From Botryllus schlosseri (Eukaryota): DNA of 64,000 nucleotides. Below the pieces are notes generated by a model. That model was not told the origin of the DNA, did not search any database, and saw only the letters and a program-made list of their open reading frames with translations. The position numbers were made by a program, and so were the translations under genes. The stretch is from assembly GCA_051294905.1 (NCBI GenBank), contig CM119372.1:40116001-40180000 (forward strand), read 5' to 3'. The stretch's first letter is position 1, and each line of letters begins with the position of its first letter. This document shows positions 52,730-64,000 of this stretch, piece after piece.

Positions 52730-54118
52730 CTGGATAATGAGAATTTGAAGACCTTCTTGGAGGTACACAACTTCAATTCTATATTGAAAATGGTAGTGAA
52801 CGTGTTGAAATGGCATGTAACGTGAATTTCGAGATTTCGCGATATATGCCACAGGGACCGGGGTGGTCAAAGTAGCAATCGCCGATATTCAAGTAGAATT
52901 AGAAGTAACTGAGTAAATTTATACCCGAGTACAACTAGGAGTAGCGATTTACAAGTAAGGCGAAATATTCTGGGACTGATTTTCCCTAAAAACGAAAACG
53001 GTCAAGTAGAAGTAGTCTAAAACCATAACCACTTAAGTAATTAATGCAAGAATGCGAACCTACTTGAGTCTTTGGCAAATAATAAGTACTTCTTTACCGA
53101 CCATCTCTGGTCAAGTAGGACTGAAATTGAGACTTTAAAGAAAGATCAGAAGAAAATTAGGCTGAGACAGATCATTTCGTTTTGCATGCCACAAAAGCCC
53201 ATGGCCACGCTGAACTGCTTAGCCAATTCCCTGTGTGTCTGTAGTGGCTTACATGAAATGGAATTGACGAATGCGACAACTTAAAGGAGGACTGCGCTTT
53301 AAAAATGATGTGGTCTCAAATTGAAGGCAAAAACGAACAAAATTTTTTGGCCGCAACCATTTCCTTCAGAACGCCACCGTAATGGAGCTGCAATTTATTG
53401 AAATTTCTACAAGACCTTCACGCTCCAGCTGCCGCGGCTGCTTAACCCGTTGCATGGTACGATGTCTTCATCGTCGCGCTTGCTCGACGCGATAAGGGAG
53501 TCACGCACAGAACGAACTTTGGACATATTACCTTCATAACATCGGCTGACAATTATCTAAAATTCGCTCTCTGACTGCCTCATTATTTCGTCTCGATATT
53601 GCCTTACTGCGACCCTGCTGTAGACTGACTATATATGATGGCTATGACTGGTTGGATCGGTCTCTTGAATCTATAGAAAATGATCCACCGCAATCAATAA
53701 CTTGTCAGAGATTTTCCTCACTAGATATTGCTCAACTGAAGTCTTTTAAGACAGAGCTGAATCACATTCTGTCTGCAGCAATGCGTTAGAGACTGATGAT
53801 CGTGGATATGTATTCCACGTACTTATATATTCTAAGAGCTCTAGTAATGGAAATTACTAACTGAGACAAGTCTGATATCACTATCGTGGAAATGTCTTCC
53901 ACGTATACACCTGTATTCTATGAGTGATCTAGAAATGTAAATCACAAACGGTACAGACAGAGAGACATTTCATTGCTTCGTACAAAATCAACAAATATCA
54001 CTGGAAATTATGGTGTAACTTGTAAAAGGTCTTATTATTACTCGTCGCCAACACAGAATTGGTGTGATACAGTGCATTCATTTTACCATAGGATAGATAT
54101 AGTGTGCAAGACTGCAAC

Positions 54119-56708
54119 TATAGAAATTAAACATGGAACGGCAACGACCGATTTTGCAGCTTCGTTCCGCTTCGCCAAGGCTGGAGTGGAGGATTGTTTT
54201 GCGTAATCGACAGTAGGATTTCTGGCAATCCAAAAGCTATCTTCCCGAGCGCAGAAATTACTGAATCTGGTCTTGATCGAAAGCTACTGTTGCACCGATT
54301 CCAAAAATATAAATTAAAATAATGATTTGGCACTGATCCACCTAGAATCCGCCCTCCAAGTTTGAATTATCGGCATTGTTCGAACAATCGGAGAGTCGCA
54401 ACGGGTCATTGCTATGGCCATTGTGTTGCGGTTACCCGATTGTTCTGAACAATGCCAATATTTTGACTTGGAGGACAGATTCTAGGTGGACAGTACCTGA
54501 TCATTATTTTAATTTATATTTTCGGAATCGGTGCAACAGTAGCTTTCGATCAAAACCAGATTCAGTAATTTCTGCGCTCGGGAAGATAGCTTTTGGATTG
54601 CCAGAAATCCTACAGTCGCTAACCTAAAACAATGGGGCATTTCCAATTCATTCTGAACACTAGGGGCGATAAAGATAACTCGACCCAAAACTGTTTTGCT
54701 GCTATATGCTTTACTATGGGACTGGACTAAACATGAACCTAATTTAGTTTTTTGGCGTACAACGAGGATGGTGAAAGTATCCATATCAATATAAATCATC
54801 CATATGGATATCAAATAGCTGTTAGCCGACGAAAATGATGCTGTTTCTTGGCGTGAGTCGTCGTGATGGAAGTGCTGAAATTACGATTCTATTCTTATCA
54901 CCAATTGTAATGGTTCTATCATTATTATTTTCCCGATTTATCGGGCAAAGCTACACCAGATTGGACTGCATTCAATACATACCCTTTCTAGATATATTAT
55001 GATCTTGGTCAAGTAGCTGTCTGGTTGAAAGACCTTATGTCATTTCAATACCTCCCTATCCTTCAATCTCATCACTATCTGTTGGTGTTTTTAAATGATA
55101 AAATACTAATAATACCAACTCGTTCTGATGATTGACAATGAAAGGATGTACCAGTTGTATTCTTGCAGTTATCTTGTGGAATAAAATGGAACGGTTATAG
55201 TCTATAAAGCAGAGTCCTGAATATTTATTGACCGACCCCGGAAATAAATTGTATGGTAAGCACAAACTTAGGATTGTAAAATTCTAAGCAACGCATTATT
55301 CATGCTCATTATTACTTGGATGCATAACAATTCTTAACTTGAAGGAATGTCAACCTGCTATTTGAGAAACCTATGTATGGGATTGCCCTAGACACAAAGC
55401 AAAATACTACGGTGGGAACTCAATTGATACAAATACCATCACCATATCCAAGAGTATTCAACGAGAATGCTAATGTGAAACTTGCAGATTGTAAAACACA
55501 AGAATGAGCTCGCGAGCATTGGTCATTTGTACTTGAAAATTTAGAAGGTTTAGCTGAGTTCCTTGCGCTACCAACATAATATGTATCAGATACATATAAC
55601 AAGAGTCCCGGTAGCGAGCAACCGACAATAGTCAATAACCGTCCACTCTGGTCTGGCTCATAATCATCCATGGCTTTACACAGCTTCATTGATATACTCT
55701 TCTGGGTTCAATGTCCAACAGCTCTAATTCAATCCATAGGCATCATAATGTCATAGAAGAGGTTGAAGTGACTGTACTTGAAAAAAGTACCGGTACAATA
55801 TTTGATGGATTTATCATTGGAATGCTGGTTGCTTTTCACTAAGTATGCTTCTTAGTTCTTTTGATAACGGGTGAATCACTATAGATTCAGCGAGTCCTTT
55901 CCCAAATTGTTTAATTGTCATAACAAGATGCCATGACTGATGACTCTACGGTCTATTTTTTGCAACAGCTTTTGCTTTTTGGCATAGACGTCTCTTCTGC
56001 AACCTCATTCATTGAAAACAGATGAGACTGCCTCTCTCTTTGAAGTTTCATCAGCTTCATTGTGATTCAAACGCATGATTTTTATATGCTGTAGGACCTC
56101 ATAGCAGCAACTGCACATTACACGATTTCCCATAGCGCACAACACTAATCGGTGAACTGATTTACTGCAGGGGAAGCATGATGAATCATGATGGTGAAAT
56201 GATATTCTGCAGACAGCTTTTCCAGGACCAGGCATCCATATCCATACCTCTTCTTCGTAAACAGAATCATCCTCCCGATAACTTTCTGTTTCTTATTGAT
56301 GCATCTTTTAAGATCAAATGACCATCATCCTTACACAATGAGGAATATAACAACAGCCATATCATACGACTTTCGAAAATTAACAGCAACAGCAACGTAA
56401 GCTGCCAGGATCTCTATGTCCATCACGAGGATAAGACGCCAAGAAACAGCATCATTTTCGTCACTAACGGCTATTTGATAGCCATATGGATGATTTGTAT
56501 TGATATGAATACTTTCACCATTCTCGTTGTGCATCAAGAGACGAAATAATGTCCATGTTTACTCCAGTCCCACAGTTTTGGGTCGCGTTATCTTTATCGC
56601 CCCTAGTGTTCAGAATGAAGTGGAAATACCCCATTCTTCACACCAGCCTCAGCGAAGCGGAACGAAGCTGCAAAATCGGTCGTTGCCGTTCCACGTTTAA
56701 TTTCTATA
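54119..56708. mobile_element. Long-TIR non-autonomous element with 7-bp TSD (P-superfamily-like)
   Basis: TIRs of about 290 bp starting TATAGAAATTAAAC (left arm interrupted at 54195-54631); TSD CTGCAAC at 54112-54118 and 56709-56715. Confidence 0.8.
54195..54631. mobile_element. Foldback element with ~200-bp arms
   Basis: Palindrome TGTTTT...AAAACA; apparent 2-bp AT TSD defined against the uninterrupted right TIR of the host element. Confidence 0.8.
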
Positions 56709-57585
56709 CTGCAACCAGGGCTTTGGAGCAGCCGTAAATTTGCATTGCTCCAGCTCCGGAGCTTTCTTCTCTCATACATTAGCTCCGGAGCAGCATTATT
56801 GCCCCTGCTCCGGCTCCAGCTCCGGCTCTGAAAACTATCGAAGGTGTCTGTCTATATCAGGGGTGTGCAACCCGCGGTCTGCGGGCCATATGTGGCCCAC
56901 GAGAAGGTTTTGAGTAGCCCACGAGCTAATTTCCCATTATATTATCGAAATTCTGTTATATTATCGAAATTGAATTGCTCAGATTGTGAACTTGCAAGGC
57001 CAACCAAAAATATAATTAATATGGCCGGGATGTTGATGACTAAAATGTCAGTTCCGACGCATTGGCAGATCCAGGGTGAAGCAGTCACATTTTTAATAAA
57101 TCGTCGTACATTACAATAAACTAAAAAAGTAGTAAAATTTTTCTTCACGCTTCGCGTGTTTAATTGTCACGCGATTTCTTTCTCTGTAGCCTACCCCACA
57201 CTGAAAATGAAAAAACGCCTGATTTAGCCGATTGAGTCTAACTATAGAGTATGACTGGAGTGACGACTCGATTGTTCTCCCATTGTTAGCCGGCAGAATG
57301 GTCACGGTCAGATGGCTGCACCCAAAACAGGATCGCTCAGTGCTTGTTTCTATGGCGTTCAAGGGGATTCGTCGTGTAATTCTTGAAGCTGCGTCGGATT
57401 TAGTTAGACAGTTCAACATTTAGGTAGCGGTGGCGAGTCGTTATGACTAGTGAATAATGCCGTGTATCCTCTGTTATATTTTTCGCCAGAATTAGATCAT
57501 ACTTCGTCACGCATAGAAGTCGGTATCATTGCTGATTCGCCGCATCACTTTGGCCTTTGGGGATGACTGGGAGGGACTAACTGAA

Positions 57586-58505
57586 ATGGAAATTGAAGAA
57601 TGTTTCGAAGGACTCAATAACTGGAAAGGTGTGTTTTGTGAGGAATGCGAAGCATCCTTTCCTAATGTGAAAGCTTTGAAGAAACATTACAAAAATCATA
57701 AAGTTCTCACCAGTAATTGGAATATATCTGAGGATGCTGTAATTGCTGTTTTGAAGAGGGCTTGTGTAAATAGCAAAAAATACTTTGAATGCGCGCCATC
57801 ATTCGAGGAACTAGACATGACCAAAGCTGTTCCATTGGTGGAAAAACTCCATTCTGAATATTGTAAACTTGGTGTTGACGGATTTTATCAACATTACTCG
57901 AACATCCTGCCATCAAGCTAACAAGTTTCTGGGTTTGCCACAATTGCCAGCTTCAGCATTGCTTTTGAAGATTTTTGGTTCTCTCGTCTGCGGTAAAGAG
58001 CAGCATACAATCATAGATTGGAGGAGTCAACAGCAAGGAATATGGTAAGTAAATAGCCTATACTTTTCCTTTCCATGGAAAAACTTTGACGTGTTTTTAG
58101 ACATACTTGAATATATTTGGTGGAGTGCTTTTGGAAGCCATTTCTAAGCAAGCCAACGAAGCAAAGGCCACATGCCTAACAACTGCAGCGCCATCGGGAA
58201 ACCTCATTAAAGTGATGCAGAAGAAAGACGGTGGATTGAAGAGCCCGTCTAAATAGTTTCATGGCACGGTTCTCCGCTTTTATGTTATCCACAGTAAAGA
58301 AATGGCAAAACCCCTGAAAAAGATACATTTTTTCAGGGTAGTTGAGGCAATTCAATGCGATCCATTCGATAACAAATTGATTCATACTGTATCCCTTCAA
58401 TCTGTTTCAGACCTAAATGAGGTTGAGGATGTCATGGACAAGGCAATGAAACACTTGAATAACATCTGTTCTCACAATTCTCCAAATGTTTGCGACATAG
58501 CTTGA
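57586..58505 (+). pseudogene. C2H2 zinc finger plus P-transposase C-terminal-like domain, two exons, frameshifted
   Basis: FCEECEASFPNVKALKKHYKNH; intron 58045-58100 (GTAAGT...TTTTTAG); then ILEYI/GGVLL and NLIKVMQKKDGGLKSPS, resembling the YIAGYV and RGGLxxPS motifs of P/THAP9 transposase C-termini. Confidence 0.65.
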
Positions 58506-58889
58506 AAACAATGCTATTTTAGCACCATTTTCTATACGTTAAAACCTCTTGTTTCAATCATGACGCTGTTGAAAGTCTTTTTTGTTATTGTTGAAATTGT
58601 ATAAGCCATGGTATTTCTTTACTAATCTGACAATTGCTACTGCTATCACTGTGGGGTTTACTATAATGTAAAGCAGAGGTGTCAAAGATACGGGCCGCAT
58701 CCGGCCCGCCAGACAATTTCATCCTGCCAGCGAAGCAATTCCGAGTAGATTGAAATATTCTTATATTTTCCAGCATATCTGTTACAAATGTTGAGATTTT
58801 TGGCAGGAAATACTTCCATGTTCATAGGTCCCATTATAACCACCCGACTATGTGGTTCCACTCTAGTTACCACTAGTAACAAGTCGGTG

Positions 58890-59291
58890 AAATTTACATA
58901 CAATTTCAAGAAGGTTAAAAGTGAACACTATGTTCAGAGTTTCATACAAATATGGACCAAGAATATGGTCAAGCTAGCAATTCGGCTTTTGAATGGTGTT
59001 TGGAATCAGTATCTTTCAGAGTCCTAACACAAGATGTTCTGGAAGCAGCATTTGGATCTTTGGTAACTCGAGTTGACATTCATTAATATTATTCACGGAT
59101 GTTAAACGTTAACAGCGGTCTTCGATGACATACAGCAGGAATCCAGATATTAGCCAAGTCAGTTACTCAGTAAATGCCTTATGCCAGCGTAAGGTTATAA
59201 AGAGAGGGAGAGGTGCCAATACAACATAGTCAATGGTGATCAAAATCCTTGGACAAAAGTCGGCTAGGAACCCATGACCAAGAAAAGATGA
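58890..59291 (+). pseudogene. P-type transposase 3' remnant
   Basis: FRVLTQDVLEAAFGSL at 59015-59062 (QDxLExxFG catalytic-glutamate motif), then RNPDISQVSYSVNAL and a terminal PWTKV..EPMTKKR*. Confidence 0.7.
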
Positions 59292-59679
59292 AGCGAATGT
59301 AGTTTCTGGTAGTGTTAGTATGGTATTTTTTCTCTCTGTGTCAAATGCTGCCTATCCACATTGAGATTCCCTACCTAAAAAAGGAAACCAATGCGTCGAA
59401 ACCTTGACGTGGTGCATCGGCTTTCTACTAATGTCGACTGGCAGAGGTCTTCCAAGCGAATTCCAGGGTATTCTTGTATTTTTGGCAATGACAACGAGTT
59501 CCATTCAAGTGCGATTTTGCATACTTCCAAGGAGTAAGCTCTGACTATTGTGAATCGAGATCAAGCAGAACATTGACATTACACAAGGCTCTGGTTCTAG
59601 TCATACTCAAGTTTCTGCGGTTATCGGACAGGCACACGAGACTACAAGACTGCTGCGATATTATTTGTTATATTCATAC

Positions 59680-60655
59680 CAGTGTTGGGATGACTCGAGT
59701 CATGACTTGACTCGAGTCAGACTCGAGTCACCTTTTTCGTATGACTTGACTTGACTCGAGTCACTTTGCTAAAATGACTTGACTTGACTTGACTCGGCGT
59801 ATCAGAAATGTGGATTGACTCGTGACTCGGAGCAAAATTCACGAGTCAATTTCAAGTCATCAAGTAATCGGTGTCGATAAAAATCCCTGTATCTTGCATA
59901 TATGGTCGGACTGTTCGCTAAATGCTGGTGTAACCCGTGAGAGTGACCAATCTTTCAGTGATTGTGCGCTTTACTGAACCTCCATTGTTCTCGCACACAT
60001 AAATTGACTGCAAACGGAGTGATCGAAATTTACAGATTACGTTGTCGTAAACTAATACAGTAAAGTAATTTAATAGCAAAATGTCTATTTCTGTTCTCTG
60101 TTCTTTCCTGAACTAAAGCTCTTGTTTTATTGAAATTGAATTCAAATACAGTTGATATAGTCCTCAACCATTAACGTAGGCTTGAATTGTATCATATCAA
60201 TTTGTAAATGCATAATGTATTGCATCTTTTCAATTCGTTTCTTTATTCTCTCTTTTGCCTGGTAACTATAAACTGAGGCTGTTCAATCACTTACGTAGTT
60301 TAGCAGTTCTACGTATATATGAGCGATTCAGCGCCTTATTGCGCTTATATTTAACTTATATTCGCTCATTGGTTCAGAATCAATGACCGCTCAATCTGCA
60401 TTTTAGACAGCTAGCAAAATGCAATGACGTAATCATGCCTCATACTTAAAAAAGGCAACTTGACTTGAATTGTGACTTGACTCGTGACTTGACTTGACTT
60501 GACTCGACTTGACTCGAGTCACCTCCAAAAACCGAGTGACTTGACTTGACTCGAGTCACTTTCGAAAATCGATTGACTTGACTTGACTCGAGTCAAAATG
60601 TGCAATGACTCGAGATGACTCGTGACTCGAAGGTAGTGACTTGATCCCAACACTG
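59680..60655. mobile_element. hAT-type element with GACTT/GACTC subterminal arrays
   Basis: TIR CAGTGTTGGGAT/ATCCCAACACTG; TSD ATTCATAC. Confidence 0.93.
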
Positions 60656-60950
60656 ATTCATACTCGAATTTCTGCAGTTAATTTAGGATATATTTGCAAT
60701 CAAAGCTATTGTGAACTGCATATCGATATAGTTCAAGATCTTTCCACTTGTTCACTCTGTAGTATTCTTCAGTCGTCCTTTCCATGAATTCATTCATTCA
60801 TTCATTTCAATAGCCAATGCACATGCACTGCACACGAACCAGATATTCTATCTACCTTCTGTCATTATATTTATATACGTAGCAAACTCTATAAAGGATC
60901 AAAGTCACAATATCACATCAATCTCGTGAGAAATGTAACATAGGCTACAC

Positions 60951-62166
60951 CAGGGGTGGGCAAACTTTTGAGCTCGTGGGCCGCATTCAACATCAGAATT
61001 CATTCGCGGGCCGCACTATAGAAAATGGGATTATGAACCAAAACGCAATATTGGTATATGATTATATAGTGAGGACATGGAGATAATATATGTGTTTATT
61101 TAAAACAAACCAAACATTGCTTTGATGATATCGTACACGCGAGATTTCATTATAGGCTGGTCGACCTCAATAACCATTTAACCAATTATCAAAACTATAG
61201 AGAGGAAGATCGGTTATCCCGATTCTTGGAACAGGATTGAAATTTAAAACTGTGAGCAGCGATCTGTTCATAGATTTACTCATTTCCCTTTTGGTTCAGT
61301 TCCAGTACACACAATGCTCACAGAAACTAATATATGGTCACTCTGCCAACGAAACCTGGACATGGAAATGGCCTTACATGCTAGCTTCAAACACGCTTAT
61401 ATACTATGTGTAGATAAAATATAAATGCTCCAATTCTACGCATACAGAGAACGAATTTACCTAAGACACGCGCGAATCGGTTTTTATAAGCACATCACTG
61501 AAATAATTAAAACTTGAGTGGCCAATCTAAATCCCACTCGTGATCCGAATTATGTCAATCTCGTTCAGGATTTCTGTGATGTTTAGCAGTTGAAACCTTT
61601 CAAACCCTGTGGGCCTTGAGATCGGGCTGTCGCACCAGAAATTAAACATAAAAAGGAATATAGAAAATATCTACCTTAGAACAGTGGTTATCAATATTTT
61701 TAAGACACGCCCCCCCCCCCTTATGATGGTGAAAGATTTCGCGCCCCTCATCGTCATATCACAAAACGCTACCAGGTTGCTAACAAACATAACGGATAGT
61801 TTGATGACATGGTAGGTTACGGCTATGGACGAAAGATTTTTAAATATGAAATTCAGGGTAAATACAGAGCAAAAATTATGAAATTGGTTTTAAATCGCGC
61901 CGAACGCGAAAAATTTTTTCAGTTGAGCTCGGCTTTGCACCCCACTTTTGATGCTTTCACGCCCCCAGTTTGAGAACCACTGTCTTAGAACTATCACGGT
62001 GAAATAAGAAACTATAAGAAATAGCTTAATCAAGTCCATGCATTATTTCGATTTTTAGTACGCATTTTATCAATATTTAAAAAAAGTTTCTTTAGACTCT
62101 CGCGGGCCGCACAGAACGGTGTTGCGGGCCGCATGCGTCCCGCGGGCCGTAGTTTGCCCACCCCTG
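60951..62166. mobile_element. hAT (Charlie-like) element inserted in the right TIR of the P-like element
   Basis: TIR CAGGGGTGGGCAAAC/GTTTGCCCACCCCTG; TSD GGCTACAC. Confidence 0.93.
61682..61982. mobile_element. hAT MITE nested in 60951-62166
   Basis: TIR CAGTGGTT(A/C)TCAA; TSD CCTTAGAA vs TCTTAGAA. Confidence 0.85.
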
Positions 62167-63049
62167 GGCTACACGGTAATATTCACTAGTCATAACGACT
62201 CGCCACCGCTACCTAAATGTTGAACTGTCTAACTAAATCCGACGCAACTTCGAGAAATACATGACGAATCGCCCTGAACGCCACAGAAACAAGCGCAGAG
62301 CGATCCTGTTTTGGGTGCAGCCATCTGACCGTGACCATTCTGCCGGCTAACAATGGGAGAACAATCGAGTCGTCACTCCAGTCATACTCTGTAGTCTAAC
62401 TATATTAGCAATTACGAGAGAAAGTATATTCGCGTTTGCGCTCGCAGAAAGATCGCCAACGATGAAATGTAGGCACAAAATGATTGTCGTATATTAGCGG
62501 AAATCTCCGATATCGATATGTCCAGATGCCGAATAGTCCTGTCCTTGCACACTGAGCCCAGCGGGCGGTATACAGTCGACCCGCAATATACCCAAGCGGG
62601 CCAAGTAATAATAATGTTACCTTTGAAAATTTTACGTGCCTGGCGCGGCTAGTGGGCAACGCACTCGTTCGTCAATTTCATGTGGCCCTTTAGCCGAAAA
62701 GGTTGGCCACCTCTGGTCTATTTAGATTACTAATTTACCCGTAAGTTAGTTATCTATGGTAATCTAGATTCTGTCAGCCGTCAGTAACATCGGATGCAGC
62801 AACGAAGACATAGGTGCCACCGTGCCGGCTTGTGACGACATAATGAGTACTTGTCAATTGTCGATAACATCATAGTTGCACTAGAACGCACCATACTCCG
62901 TGCCATTGCTGTGTACACTGTACAGCATCAAAATTCTGATGCGGCGTTTTAACACTGGCACTGTACTCGTTAACAGCCCTACAGTTCACTTCAATCTTTA
63001 AATGTGCGATATATTATTCAACTCTAACATATTCAGTCCCTAGAAACTA

Positions 63050-63875
63050 AATTATCACCGAAGTGCGGCCTGTTCTACAGCCTTGGGCGCTTCATGCCAG
63101 CATGGGTTCTTCTGATACTCTTTAAATCCTTAATCCAATCGAAGTTACATTATGGCATCCTCTGGGGGCTGCCCTCTGGGGGGCTGCCAGTAAAACTGCA
63201 CTCAAGCCACTTCAGAAACTACAGCATAAAGTACTCCGAATCATAGCTAGGGCCCCAAAGGGGCCTGGCTGCCCATCCAATAAGTCGCTGCTGAAGAGAT
63301 TCGGCGTCCTGAACATAGAAGATATGCGGAAACTAGAAATCGCCTAGTTTATGTATCAGTTTCACTGCGGTCGTTGCCCCGAATATTTCAATGACTTCTT
63401 TACCTCTGAATCAAAAGCGCACAAGTACAACACACGTGCGTCCACGTCGTCCAAATATCATATGATCGACCGAAAAGATCATCGCTCCATCAAATATGCC
63501 GGACCTGATGTGTGGAACAGTATCCCGCCGGCCATACGACAGTCGACGAGCATGTCCACGTTCAAGTCGAAATACAAGCAATTACTACTAAATAAATACA
63601 GTCCATCCTCAAGATTACCGGACCACGACTGACCTATCGATCTCGCTTTCCATGACATGCCGCCCTATTTCTTGTCGCATTCTTTTTCTATACTATCTTC
63701 TTTACTTTCATTCAGTGTGCATGCCTCCTCTTTACATCGCCTAGGCCAAGGTGGGTGTCAGATTCCATAGACTACTCCTTGTCGCTTCGACATCTTCCTG
63801 TCTTTTCATTGTATCGCATTTTGTGGTGTATTGAACTGATAAAATTGCTAATAAACCAATGATGATGATGATGAA
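63050..63875 (+). mobile_element. 5'-truncated LINE (CR1/L2 group): ORF2 C-terminus, 3' UTR and (TGA)n tail
   Basis: LFKSLIQSKLHYGILWG...LQKLQHKVLRII...HKYNTR...SIKYAGPDVWNSIP...FKSKYK; one in-frame stop and a short duplication near 63160-63190; AATAAA followed by TGATGATGATGA. Confidence 0.88.
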
Positions 63876-64000
63876 CTGTAGTAAGAGCAATATGGGCGGA
63901 TATAACGACGTGATCAATAGAAATTCGATTTGTACAAATGGCCAATGGTTTGACGTTCAACATTGGTGCACTCGTTACCAGTCCATCCGGTGTCGCTCAA

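Larger units (their letters stand above)
57243..62393 (+). mobile_element. P-superfamily DNA transposon with ~250-bp TIRs, decayed
   Basis: TIR TATAGAGTATGACTGG/CCAGTCATACTCTGTA; 7-bp TSD GTCTAAC at 57236-57242 and 62394-62400; internal P-transposase motifs. Confidence 0.88.
56858..62715. mobile_element. hAT (Charlie-like) non-autonomous element hosting the P-like element
   Basis: Termini CAGGGGTGTGCAAC/GTTGGCCACCTCTG; TSD GTCTATAT vs GTCTATTT (7 of 8 match). Confidence 0.75.

Noticed and set aside
54127..54627. Pair of similar opposite-strand ORFs (54127-54333 and 54376-54627)
   Set aside because: Artefact of the palindromic foldback element.
53793..55945. Other CTGATGA words (about 53793, 55125, 55937; also 2270) as hammerhead cores
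   Set aside because: No appropriately spaced GAAA or flanking stems.
59690..60640. GACTT/GACTCGAGTC arrays as a CRISPR-like array
   Set aside because: No unique spacers; they are subterminal repeats of a hAT element with TIRs and an 8-bp TSD.

Overview
AT-rich animal genomic DNA, not prokaryotic. An invertebrate such as a tunicate is plausible but is only an inference. The one clearly intact host gene is a spliced FoxC forkhead gene (visible exons 5391-5566, 6823-6950, 7940-8057, 9673-10359). There is also a tRNA-Ile(AAT) and an orphan terminal exon of a fibrinogen-domain gene. Most of the rest is nested transposable elements, many with readable target-site duplications (TSDs). Highlights: (1) a full-length Gypsy element (30696-35552) with no tRNA primer-binding site, whose post-LTR 12-mer is complementary to its own LTR, the Tf1-style self-priming arrangement; (2) a P-superfamily element (57243-62393; long TIRs, 7-bp TSD) that seems to encode the P transposase C-terminal-like domain as a separate C2H2 zinc-finger gene upstream of a short transposase; (3) a 10.5-kb CACT...AGTG element inserted into an LTR, carrying an unrecognised spliced cargo gene with tandemly duplicated, fast-diverging exons; (4) two pseudoknotted minimal hammerhead ribozyme candidates of the Penelope type. 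All alignments and counts were made by eye; no searches were run.
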